Shown here: piece after piece, positions 1-11,680 of the stretch
How positions within the stretch are numbered: position 1 is the stretch's first letter
Layout: each line of letters opens with the position of its first letter
NCBI GenBank assembly: GCA_973895155.1
Contig: OZ316898.1
Span: forward strand, 21,290,022 to 21,354,021
Source of the DNA: Marsupella aquatica
Taxonomy: Eukaryota; Plantae; Marchantiophyta
Direction: 5' to 3'
Length of the DNA: 64,000 nt
Translations under genes and position numbers: made by a program
The notes under the pieces: model-generated
Databases searched by the model: none
What the model saw: only the letters and a program-made list of their open reading frames with translations
What the model was told of the DNA's origin: nothing

Positions 1-5
1 CCAAT

Positions 6-1874
6 ATGCTCAAGGCAGGAGCAGACTTCGAACCCACACCCGAACGAGTCACAGCGGTGGTAGAATTGAAGCAGATGTTAGTAGAGGCCCCAGTCATGAT
101 AGCACCGGACTGGAACAAAGATTTTCATGTTTTTGTAGATGTCTCGGGCTTCTGTATTGGCTCAGTACTAAGTCAGTTGGATGAGAAAGGAAGGGACCAT
201 CCCATATACTTCGCAAGCCGTCAGCTTGCCGATGCCGAACGGAACTACTCTACCACGGAAAGAGAAGCATTAGGAGTCATTTATTCTTGTAAAAAGTTTA
301 GGCATTATTTACTAGGGTACAAGGTAATCTTTCATACTGATCATGAAAGTTTGAAGTACCTAGTCAATAAGCCGGACCTTACAGGCAGAGTAGCAAGATG
401 GATTTTGCTATTACAGGAGTTTGACTATGAGCTGAGGATCAAGCCGGGAAAGTTACATGCCAATGCCGACTTCTTTTCAAGGATCACAGGTAAACCTGCC
501 ACGGATTGCATCGATGATCGATTCCCCGACGAGGAGCTATTCATTGTGGAAATAGCTGATACATGGTACCCTAAGATTTTACAATTTCTCAGCACTTCCA
601 GATTACAGCCAGGATTAAGCCGAGAGCAAGCCGCAGTCTTTGTGCGGAAGGTCAGACAGTATCAGTGCATTAAAGGCATACTGCACAAGCATGGAATCAA
701 CGGCACGATTCAAAGGTGTTTGGAAAAGAGAGAGGTAAAACGAGTCCTACGGGCCATGCATGGAGAGGAGGCCAGAGGACATTCTGCCCCAGTAACCACG
801 TCTAAGAAGATATTAAATGTCGGTTACTGGTGGCCCACCTTGCACAAAGATGTCTATCAGTTTATCAAACAATGCGATCCTTGTCAACGAGCGGGAGGAC
901 CAAGGGCGTCCACCAGGCATCCACTGCACCCTATTCTACCTCTGGCACCATTCGAGAAGTGGGGTATTGATTACATTGGACCTCTGAAACCACTAACCCA
1001 CCCTCGACGGAACAAGTACATAATCCTGGCTACGGATTATGCAACTAAATGGGTAGAGGCCAGACCAACAACGAAGGATGATGCAATTACTACGGCTAGA
1101 TTCATGTATGAGCAGATCTTCACCAGGTATGGAGCACCCCTAGAATTAGTTAGTGATAGAGGAACCCATTTTTTGAATGATATAATTAGTCGTTTAAATG
1201 AGCAGTATTTAGTTAAACATAGGCCTACTACTCCCTACCATCCAAAGGCAAACGGGTTGACAGAACGAGCAAACGGAATCATAGGAAAGATATTGAACAA
1301 GACAGTAGCTCAGAACAAACTCGATTGGGATGATAAATTGTTTGCTGCTGTTTTTGCTTACAATCTTGCCTATAAATCCACTACCGGTCATACACCCTTC
1401 TTCTTAACCTTTGGACAAGAAGCCCTGGTACCCATGCAACTTGAGATACCGACATTTCAAGTTACAATTGAGGAAAGAGCCTCAGCGGAGGAGAGCCTAA
1501 AGGAGCGAGAATATAGGTTAGAAGCTTTAGAGGAAGCGAGAATGATTTCAGCCGAGAGAGTAGAATATAGACAGAATATCATGAAGCAGCAGTATGATAA
1601 AAGGTTAAAAGTAGTTAGTATTCATACCGGTGATCTTGTGCTACTTTATGACAGTAGGTATAGTAGGTTTCCAGGAAAGCTTTACACTCGCTGGTTAGGA
1701 CCCTTTAGAGTAACCATGATGTTCCCCAATGGCTCCGTACAATTGGCCAACATTACGGGAGAGGTATATCCAGTTCGCATCCATTATGACCGCCTCAAGA
1801 AATACTATATGGACGAAGATGAAGTTGTTCGCGAGGATGCTTCACAATTAAGTGGGGAGCTATGTGATGCCTAG
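6..1874 (+). CDS. pol: Pol C-terminal part: RT connection/RNase H + integrase
   Basis: RNase H motifs (VDVSGFCIGSVLSQ, ERNYSTTEREAL, TDHESLKYL); HHCC finger (H..H..CDPC); DDE core (WGIDYIG, SDRGTHF, NGLTER); GPF motif (WLGPF). Confidence 0.95.
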   Translation: MLKAGADFEPTPERVTAVVELKQMLVEAPVMIAPDWNKDFHVFVDVSGFCIGSVLSQLDEKGRDHPIYFASRQLADAERNYSTTEREALGVIYSCKKFRHYLLGYKVIFHTDHESLKYLVNKPDLTGRVARWILLLQEFDYELRIKPGKLHANADFFSRITGKPATDCIDDRFPDEELFIVEIADTWYPKILQFLSTSRLQPGLSREQAAVFVRKVRQYQCIKGILHKHGINGTIQRCLEKREVKRVLRAMHGEEARGHSAPVTTSKKILNVGYWWPTLHKDVYQFIKQCDPCQRAGGPRASTRHPLHPILPLAPFEKWGIDYIGPLKPLTHPRRNKYIILATDYATKWVEARPTTKDDAITTARFMYEQIFTRYGAPLELVSDRGTHFLNDIISRLNEQYLVKHRPTTPYHPKANGLTERANGIIGKILNKTVAQNKLDWDDKLFAAVFAYNLAYKSTTGHTPFFLTFGQEALVPMQLEIPTFQVTIEERASAEESLKEREYRLEALEEARMISAERVEYRQNIMKQQYDKRLKVVSIHTGDLVLLYDSRYSRFPGKLYTRWLGPFRVTMMFPNGSVQLANITGEVYPVRIHYDRLKKYYMDEDEVVREDASQLSGELCDA

Positions 1875-1977
1875 ACAGGAATCACTCGGCCGGTTAAGTG
1901 GGTAAAGCAGGAAGGCACCCTAGGAACACCTTAGTATAGTGACAAAACAAGGAAAATATAAACAGTTAGGGGCAACC

Positions 1978-4900
1978 ATGGAACCCGGGCCGAGGCCGGA
2001 GGTAAGGCTAAGGGTGAAAACCCGATTAGGGTTAGGGCGCGTTAAGCGTCGGCGGCTAGGAAGGATCAACGGGAAGAAGGACCGGCAGAGGAGAGGGGTA
2101 AGGAGCGCTTGCAGGAGATGGTGGCTCATTTGCGAGCACAAACTAGGCAGACGACTACGGGAGGCCAACTACTGTCAGTTGCTTAGGCAAGCACTCGGGG
2201 AGAGAGTAGATACCGACGATCGACCTAAGGAGGGTATGAGCAACGTCAATCAAGCGACACATTTCTAGGGATGCCTGTTCGAACGGGCAACTGAGTACAT
2301 CAAGACTTACGAGGACGAGGAGTCAGAAAGGGCAGCTCGAGAACGGCAGGAGCTCGCTCGATTGTGGGAGCTGCAGAAGACGGCTTTCTTAGGAGGCGAA
2401 CTCATCAAGGACGAGTTCCTGTGGACGCCTACTTCCAATCAACTCGACGATCTTCTGTTTTGCAAAGACAGCGTCGTCGGCATCCGAGAGGCCATCAAGA
2501 ACTGCAATGACATACACTGGGAATTAAAGGGTAGCACGGAAAGGTGGACCCAGGCAACGGTGCTAGGAGAAACCTCCACGGCAGCAGAGATGAAGAGGAA
2601 GGGAGCCGTCAACGATGAAGCCACCCCGGCAAAAAGAACGAGGTCGGCGGCACCAAAGAAGCCAGCCGAGCAGCAGAGCAGGAGGCAGGGAGAAGCCGAA
2701 CAGGAGGAGGTCGATCCCATCAAGGCCATTCCAACCAGGGATGACACCTGGAAGGGCTGGGCGGCAACCCTACCGGTGGAGGTGCAACTACATTTTGCAC
2801 GGGAGGAGGATGCATGCTTTACGGCCATGCAGACCAAGAAGTACCAAGGCTTCATGGCCGGATCCGGCTTGGAGGCCTTTGTAAGATTACCATGGCTGAA
2901 GCCGGAGGTACCGGAGTCAGACCTATTAGAATTCGTGGGGTCATGGGAACCCGAGACCAATTGCACGAGGATATATGGGAAGGATTTCTATCTTACTCCC
3001 AAGGTAATTGCCGAAGTGTTTGGCCTGCCGATAGGCAATAAGACCAAAGTTGATACCAGGAAGACCTTGCCTGACAAGGAGTTCTGGTCGTTCCCCGGGC
3101 CATCAACGAAGAATGGCTTCTTCCGGAACACCTGCACCAACCCGTACATAGGAGAGATGATCGACTTCTTGCGGGTGACCATGCATTGTAACTTGCCGAG
3201 GGCAGAGATCGGCAAGGCACAGGTCTATCTGGCAGAAAGGCCAAACCCAAGCCGGGACTACAACGGGTACCTCCTCAACCAATTGAAGAAGATCTTAAAG
3301 GAGGAGCAGCAGGTAATCGGCATGGGGAGCGTGTCGCGGCTTGGCTATCACATGCCGCTGTTGTGCCGGTATGCCAGAGGTCAGACTTTTGCCCCGGTAC
3401 TTCCCCTGCAGGTAAGGGCACCCGAGGAAGCTCCAACGCCGAGGCCGTTGGCTGAGAAGCCTCAACCACCTGTTAGTCCTACGATCGAGCAGGTGTTTAG
3501 GCCCAGGAAGGAAGACTTGCCGATGCAGCAACCAGGCATGCAGAGTCTGCTGAAACTACTAGAGAAAGAAAAGAAATCAGCATCGGCAACAACAACGGCA
3601 ACGGCAACAATGCAGGACACTACTACAGAGGTAGGCCTACACCGGCTCACAAGAGAAAACCCCTTTGCTGGAGACAAGGAGAGAATCAGGCCGGAATCCA
3701 AGCCAGGTGTTCGAATGTACGTGGGAACCTCAAGCTCCGAATCTGAGGCAGAATTGCCTGAAGCTCCTACCGACGAAGAGGAGAGGGAGAAGCCGGACGT
3801 CCAAGAGGTAGAGGAGGCAGTGGAGGACTGCAGCCATGATAATTCCGGCTATGGGTCGGACCATCACGTTCCAGGAGTAAGGACCTATGGCCGGTTTGTC
3901 CCCACACTTCCAAGGGTAGTGCGAGGGGACCCCAACCAGCAGAGTAGCCCTAAGTCTCCCCCACCAGATGTTGCTCCCCCGAGCTTCGACGGCATAAAAC
4001 AGACGGTGCAGGAATTTCAGGAGCGAATCAAGCAGGAGGAAGAGGCCGCCCTGGCTAAGGAAATGGATTTACCAGGAGGAGATTGGCCGGAGGACATCAG
4101 GCGGCTAACCGAAAAAGGAAGCAAACCTCTAGCCACGATTGAAGAGATCCGCAGGACGGCTTGGGAGCAGAGGCCACGATGGGCGATGCCGATCACTTCT
4201 ACTTACTCCACCTACGCTAAGAATAGAGCCATGGAGTATGGTGAGATGTGTGGGGAACTTGCGCTCGGCATCTTTGGAGAGGAGTTGGAGGAAGGACCCT
4301 TTTTCCATAGGGAGTAGTTGGAGAAGCACCAATTAGAAGAAGCGGTGGCTTTAGAGAGAAGCAAGAAGGACGAGGTCATTCGGCGGCTTAGGAGGATGGA
4401 AGCCGAGATTGAAGATCTAAGGGCGGCCAAGAAAGCCCAAGATGAACTGCGGATTAAACGACATGAGCTGAACATCATGCAGGGGCAGTTGGACACCGCG
4501 CAGGCTGATAATCAGAATATCAAGGATAAACTGACTCAGACGCAGGAAGAGTTGGCCGACACGATCAAAGAGAGGGAGAAGTGGAAGCAAGAGCTGAAGA
4601 ATACAGAGGAGGCCCACATAACAGCCAACAGCCGGGCCATGGCGGAGACCCAAAGAAAGGAATGGGCGTTGAAAGGGGAGCTCGAGAAAATCCGCGGAGC
4701 CCTTGAACAGAAGGAGGTCGAGTTAGGGAAATCCTATAAAGGGATTATGGCGCTACAGCAGGAGCTTGCGTCCCTGACGGCCAGCTTCAAGGCCGACCTA
4801 AGGGAGAAGGACGAGATGCTCGAACAGACTTACGCCAAGATGAACCAGATGGAGTTTGTCATCATTGCAGAGCTCGACAAGGAGCTAAGAGCAACCCAGG

Positions 4901-5601
4901 AGGAGAGGGCTACCTTGAAGAAGGAATTGGAGGAAGCCCACAGGGAGCAGGAGGAGGCCAAAAACGAGCTGGAGGGGGCACGTAAGGACCTGGATGAAAC
5001 CCAAGAGGAGTTGGAGGAAATCACGAGGAAGATGGAGAACCTACAGCGGCGGGCCGACAACCAAACAGAGCGGCTGAAGAAACAAGCCGCAGTATTTAAA
5101 TGCTTAGCTGCAGCAGGTCCATCTCCCGTTGGGACAAACCAGTTACCAGGGGTGGTAATTGCCGAAGGACAAGCCGCGCCAACTGCACCAGTGCCGGAAG
5201 TAAGTGGGAAGGGGAAGGGACCAGCTGCCGAGCCACCAACGAAGAAGAAGCGGAAACCTTCAGGGTCAAGGAGTAATACGACTTCACAGGCCGTGGTGAT
5301 CAAGGAGGTAGACCCAGCACCGACCCCAGACAGGGTCACGGCTAAGGATCCAACTACCCTAGGGGAAGGGGAGGCCGAAGCCGAGGGAGTGGCTGAAGCC
5401 GAAGCCGTGGGAGTGGCTGAGGCCGAAGCCGTGGGTATTGCCGAGGCCGGTGTCGAGGCTGAAGCCGAAGGTGGACCCAGTCAGGCCGATGGAGAGTTGA
5501 CTCGGTCAAGGGCAGGTAATCTGTCAGTAGGCGGGCCAACGGCAGTGGCTGAGGAGGAAGTGTTGGGGGCGTCCATTGAGGATCCACCACCGGTGTCGTG
5601 A
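1978..5601 (+). pseudogene. Accessory ORF of family A (~1200 codons): plant-transposon-protein/PMD-like segment, acidic/Pro-rich linker, long coiled coil; two in-frame TAG stops
   Basis: ORF calls 1939-2268, 2362-4317 and 4318-5601 share one frame. The TAG at 4315-4317 is CAG in copy 2. Segment GLEAFVRLPW..LLEFVGSW..IAEVFGLP. Heptad-rich stretch from ~4320-5090. Confidence 0.75.
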
Positions 5602-5637
5602 CGGTGCAAGGGCACCGTTCCTTTTAGGGAGGGCGGA

Positions 5638-6512
5638 CGTGGAGGGAGGAGGCGTGAGTGGGCAGGGCGGGCGCGGATCTCCACGTTTAGGATTAGGATC
5701 AGAACCAGGAGCGGCCCTGACACTTAGCTTAGTGGGATTGCGGTCCCACTGGTAGGAGCAACACTTGTGCTCCTGCCTTGCTGTACATAGGTAGATTCGG
5801 GCAAGTAGATTACTGTCAGGTAGATTAGGCTTACGATGCAAAGAATGGCGGATCCACTACCAGGATAAGTACCTGGGCAGCGGGGAGCTCAGGGCCTCTT
5901 CTTTAGCAAGTTTTTAGTTTGCACCAGCCGGGCTGGGATCAAGTAGTACGAGAAGCTCTCGGTTAGTCATACAGTGACCCTTGTGTATATTCATGTTTCC
6001 TCATGCCTAAGAGCTGAATAGAGTTGGCCTCACGGCTTAGTTCGCAGAACTTGTGTATGAGATGTACTGTTTGTATGGCAAGTGCATGGTATGACTCAGT
6101 CAGAATGAGTCATTTTGCTATTTGTGTGTCGCATTAACTTGTGTGAAGAGTGCCCACATCAACAGAAGGAAGGAAAGTAAGCAGGGGAGTGAGAGTTGGA
6201 TGTGTCGAGCTGAGAGAGGTCTTAGCGGCTTAACCAAGCCTATTGGGGATCATTCCGGCGGCGGAATCCAAACATACCTAACAAGACAGAGGGGAAGACA
6301 GGGGAAGGCCTATATTAGGCCGGCTACGTATCTCATGACCCGATGAAGGATCTGTCCAGTATATGTGTGTAAAATGTTAATAGTAGTAGTAGAAGGTTAG
6401 CAGCGTCCCATGCCGCTAAGCCGCGGAAACGGCCTCGCCAAGCACGAAACCTGCGGGAATCGGCTTGAGCTGGGGGGTTTCTTGGGTTTAGGGAGCCATG
6501 GGACGCACCACA
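5638..6512 (+). repeat. 3' LTR of family A copy 1 (~875 bp), CGTGG...CCACA
   Basis: Follows the PPT TTTTAGGGAGGGCGGA and ends in CA. Near-identical inverted copy at 59910-60794. The exact 5' base (5638 vs 5640) is inferred. Confidence 0.75.
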
Positions 6513-6728
6513 TGACCCATCTCTCACCCATAGGAAAACAGAAATTAAAAAAGAGAAAGAAGAAAAAAGAAGAAAAAACAAACACATTGAAAGTGAGTTA
6601 GGAGAGAATAAAGATAGAGGGAGCCATTGATGATAGTATATTGTATAATTCTATACCTAACAAGAACTAACGAGTGTTTGTAGACGGTACCCAAATAGTA
6701 TGCGGAGAAACTCAAAGTTCTACGGTAC

Positions 6729-7811
6729 CCCCACGACCGAGCTTGTATCCTCTGGGATACGGATCGGGAAGTACCGGCTAGTGTAAGGATTCGAATCAGA
6801 GCTGACATTGTAATCTGGCAACCAGTGACATTTAAAAACATTCCTTATCATTGCTTTAGGTGCAACCAAAGAGGACACCTGGCGCGCAACTGCCAAGAGA
6901 ATTTAGAGACGGCAGATAAGACTCAGAAGGAAGTTGACCCACCAGAAGAGAAGGACGATGAGCACCACTCGGAGGCTGACCCCGAGGAAATCCGAAGAGC
7001 AGAGGCTAATACTGAGGCTAGAGCGTTGTTTCGTGCTGCTAAGGTGCCCCCACCAAGGCCGGTGACTGTATCGGTTGAAGATGATAGCGAGCAGGTGGAG
7101 TTATTGCTTAATCCTGTGCCCTTAGAGACGGTGGCTCGTGACAAGGACACGGTGCAGCAAGTAGACAAGGACCCTTTGAGCATCACTACAAACGTGGATG
7201 TGGGTGTAAGTGACTTGTGCCCCCCTACGGAGACAGCTGCGTTACAGTCTGAAATGATTAGATTGGATCACCCATCTGATATGCTGAGGAATGAGTTTGA
7301 CAGGGACCCTCCTTTGGACGCGAATGCGCCCTGCTTTGGGCCGGCTCTTTCCCTCACTGTGGCTCCGATCGTGATGGCAGGATGTACCCCTACTTCCAAT
7401 CTGTGTGCTGGAGGAGACGAGACCTTCTCCTTTCATGAGGAATCGGATGCTGAGATGTCTGAGTATGAAGCGTATATCTCCCATAGTAAATTCAAGGCCA
7501 GAGCTAGGAAGCAAGAGCTACGTACCCCCCCTAATGATAAGACTGAGAAAGCCAAAGGAGAAGCAAAGAAGCAAAGATCTCTAAGGTTCTCACGTGGTTT
7601 CATGTCTGATGCAGAGGGAGAGGGAATTCCTACTCGGAGTTCGAACGAGGGGGAGACGGTGGGCCAATTGTCTGCCCTGCGTGGTAGGGAGAAGATGGAG
7701 ACTGTTTTGCGAGTTAGAGTCTCGCCTGCTCGCTCTTTAAGTGGATACATAAGTGGACCCACGGGACACCTGGGAGCGGGGATGTCTCCGGGAGGGAGAA
7801 ATAGGTTGTGA
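6729..7811 (+). pseudogene. LINE ORF1, C-terminal part (CCHC zinc knuckle), 5'-truncated
   Basis: Frame is open from the TSD (PHDRACILWD...WQPVTFKNIPYH) into CFRCNQRGHLARNC (CX2CX4HX4C). Confidence 0.85.
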
Positions 7812-10800
7812 ACTCCTTGTCACCAAGGGGAGCGGTGCTGTGCCATGAATTAAGCAAGGCTGAGTGGGAGGATGGAAGGCACTTTAAGATTAGCATCGTG
7901 GAATGTCTGCGGCCTGTGTGAGCCAAATCGTAAACATGTGATTAAAAATTGGGTGAGATCGCTGAAGACTCCCCTTGGAATTCTAGCATTACAAGAAGTG
8001 AAAGGGGATCAATTTCGACTCGACATGGCTCTCAGGGCAATTCTTCCTACGTATGAGCATTTCTCTGCAGCACCAGACGATGGACGGGGCGGAACCGCGC
8101 TACTGGTACACCCGGAGCTGAAGGTGGTGCGAATGGGGGTGTTGGACTTGGGCAGGGCGGTATGGGTGGAGGTGGAGGCGGGATCCGGGAGTTTTGGGAT
8201 TGCTAGTATCTACGCCCCCAACTCTGCACGATTAAGGGCTCTACTTTGGAATGACCTGAAAACTCTGCTCCCTCATAACGACTGGATTGTATGTGGGGAT
8301 TTTAACATGACGGAACGCAGAACTGACTCCACGGGCAATTCACCATTGATTCGAGGAAGGGAGGCGGAATTCTGGAGATTCTTTAAAATGAGATTCAATT
8401 TGATCGATGCTTGGGAGATCAGAGGTGGTGCAGTGGGCCCTCCTTTCACGTGGAGAAGAAACAGGAATGGGGAGATAGTACAATCTAGGCTCGACAGGTT
8501 CTACTTAAGTGAAATGGGATGGTGGTTGAATGAGGTAGTGGAGCTTCTACATGAGGGAGGTTCTGCGTTGTCGGATCACGACCCTGTGTTACTAAGTGTT
8601 AAGCTTGCAGGGGAAGAAGAGATGAACGAGAAAGGGAAAGTGAGACTGTTTATGGCAAACCCGGCGCTTTTGCGATGCAGAGAGGATTTGCTACTGCTTG
8701 AAGAGGCCTGGGTGGAGGGACGTGGGGACTGTGTAGAGCCTCTCAGAAGTTTTTGAAATGGGAGCTGGAAAATGCGCCACACATACAAAACTATTCAAGC
8801 CAAACCAAGGACGGCGGGGGTGGAGATGGCTTTTCTTCGGGCACGACTTTGTTCGCTCAAGTTGGCCATTTTAGAAGCTCACTCAGAAGTTGATATTGCA
8901 GATTATATGGAGGCAGAAGATACTCTACATGCAACGGAGATAGAGGAAGCTCACAGGGGTCGCAGGCTAGCCAGAATAAAGTGGTTAGGTGAGGGAGATG
9001 AATCGACTAAATTCTTCTTTGCCACTGTGAAAGCTAAGCGATCTCGTGAAGCGATGACTTCTCTGATCGGGAGGGACGGTAGATCTATCTTGGACCCCCA
9101 GTTAATCCTTAAAGAAGTTGAAGATTTTTGTGTGAACCTGTACGCACCTACTGCCTCTACAGTGGACGAGACGGAGGTGAGGAGAGCTGCCAGAGCAAGA
9201 TTGCTGAGGAATACTCAATTTGCGCTCTCTGGAGAGGAGATCCTTCAGATGGACAGGCTACCAACCTACCAAGAGATAAAGGATGTGTTGTGGCTACTAC
9301 CAAATGACAAATCCCCTGGCCCAAATGGATTGACTGCTGAGGTCTACAGAGCTTGTTGGGGATTTCTGGGACAAGACCTGGTGGATATGATTCAGGAATT
9401 TTGGCTTTCTGGGGCTCTAGATGCTGGAATTTGTGAGGGGATAATTAAATTTATACCTAAGAAACCTGATAAGCGCTTTTTAAAAGATTGGAGACCATTA
9501 ACCATGTTAAACACGATTTACAAGCTGATTGCAAAGATCCTTGCGCTGCGGTTGAAACCTATTCTTAACAGGATCATTAGCCCCCAACAGACTGGATTTA
9601 TCCCGGGGCGACATATTCTGGAGAACATCTCTCTTGCTTGGCTTACATGTGATTGGGTGCACAACCGAAAGAGAGAAGCCTTGTTCCTGAAGCTTGATTT
9701 TGAAAAGGCGTTTGACAGAGTTTGTCATGAGTACATTTGGGATTGCATGCACTTGTTAGGGATTAGTGGACGATTTATTATGCTAGTAAAAGCGTTGCTG
9801 GCACAGGCTTCTTCTCGTGCTCTGGTGAATGGCTTCCTCTCTAACTCCTTTGAGCTGAAGCGTGGTGTTCGACAGGGCTGCCCCCTGTCGCCGCTGCTGT
9901 TTGTGATTTCCACTCAGCCAACTCATGGATTTTCTTGCTGCGGAGATGGAAGGAGGACGATTAAATGGTTTGCAGATTACAGAGGATTTCAAGATTTGCT
10001 ATAGACTCTTTGCGGATGACGTGGGGATGTTTATCCCGGCTACAGAACAGGATTTTGAGGATACAAAAACTGCCCTGGAATGCTATGAGACAGCCACCGG
10101 TGCGAAGCTGAATTTGGAGAAATCAGTGGTGATTCCCTTGGCTATGGAGATTGTAACAGAGTGGCTCAGAAAAACAGGTTGCCTTATTAGCGGGAGAGGG
10201 GAGATTCAGAAGTACCTTGGTGCTCCATTGGGCGTGGGGCTGCTTACAGAGCAACTCCACAAGTTCTGCCTCGAGAAGATCAGCTCTAGGCTGTCAGCAT
10301 GGTCAAACAAATTACTCTCTTTCACCGGACGCTCCCTGCTTGTGAAGCAAGTCTTGCTTGCTATCCCTATTTATCATGTTATGTACTGCAAAGCCTCTGC
10401 TGGATTAGCAAAGAAGGTAATTGCTCTCAGCAGAGACTTTTTATGGGGTTATAATGCGGTTGGAGGCAAGAAAATTCCTCTGGTGGCTTGGGATAGGATG
10501 GCACGTCCAAGGGTGGAGGGTGGACTTGGATTCAGGGATTTTCGCAGCCACTGTGATGCTCTTCTTTCACAATGGTTCACTAAGGCACTTAACTTCCCGG
10601 AGCTGGAATGGTCTCGGATGTTGGCAGCAAACTTATCGTTGATGGGATGGATGAACTATAAGGTTATTAGAAGAAATGGCTATTCCTTCCAAGACCAGCT
10701 CTTACTCTGTTCACCTCGTTCATTTAGTGGTCTACCTTACACGACAGGTTTGTGGAAGAGTTGGGAACTGGTTAGGGCTCATCTTTCATTTGAACCTGGA

Positions 10801-11104
10801 CGAATGGGACCGCCAGCGAGATGGAGCATCTCTGACACTCTTAGATGCATGGTTGGCTTCAATTCGCTGCCCAATGCGACAATTACGACTATTGCTGCGA
10901 TTTGTGGCAGACTGGGAATGAGGACTGTTGGGGATGGATGGTCGACGGAGGACAGATGCTGGAAGGACCTTCCTTTGAGATGGCACAACATTCAAAGTAT
11001 TTCGGCTGAGCATCGGCTGTTGGCCAGGTCATTCTTGGAGCGTCTGTGGAGCACAGATTTCTGTTGTACTGAATACTTCCTGTATGCCAAGCAATGGCGC
11101 TGGA

Positions 11105-11489
11105 TGTTGAGCATAGACGACGATCGCAACGGCAAGCCCATGAACCATCCAACGCACAATAGTCGACACAAGAGATACGTGGTTCACCTCCTTGAGGCTA
11201 CGTCCACGGGAACACACAAGAGAGCTTTACTGAACTCTAAGCCCGTCGGCTATACCGAGTCTCCACAGTGTAAGCTCTCCCTATCTCTCAAGTGGCTCCA
11301 TAACAATGAGCCTTGGTTCTACCTCTCCAAGCACACATGCCTCTTATGATATAGTGTGCAACTTAGTTGTACCTAACCACATAGTTGTACCTAATCACGT
11401 AGTTGTACCTAACCACGTAGTTGTACCAACCCACGTTGTTGTACCAACCACGTCATACCTAACCTAGACGTAAGAGTAAATACCCAACA
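11105..11489 (-). repeat. Copia 3' LTR (385 bp)
   Basis: TGTTGAGC...CCCAACA on +. Adjacent purine tract on the minus strand at 11490-11500. Confidence 0.95.
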
Positions 11490-11680
11490 ATCTTCCTCTT
11501 GACTCTGGTCTAGGGGAGAGTAATACTGCCAATGTATATGATCCCTCAGCGGGAAGTTCTGGACAGAAACCAAACCGGTTTCCCTCTCTAACTAGAGCAA
11601 ACCAGAACTAAGCCGTAGCCTAATACACAGGAATGAGGAAGAGCATATATCAGTAATTACAATGAATGTTTAAGAAAACT

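Larger units (their letters stand above)
1..6512 (+). mobile_element. Ty3/gypsy LTR retrotransposon family A, copy 1 (3' part; 5' end outside window), non-chromovirus, with an extra sense ORF between integrase and 3' LTR
   Basis: RNase H followed by integrase, no chromodomain. Purine tract at 5625-5637. Right end ...GGACGCACCACA (6512) is fixed by where homology with copy 2 (59910) stops. Confidence 0.92.

Noticed and set aside
5638-6735. CGTGG...CCACG as LTR termini
   Set aside because: CCACG at 6731-6735 lies inside the LINE, past its TSD. Copy 2 places the LTR end at 6512.
11105-11349. 81-aa extension of ORF 9925-11349 and identical ORF 17139-17384
   Set aside because: Antisense read-through of the copia LTR, not a LINE domain.
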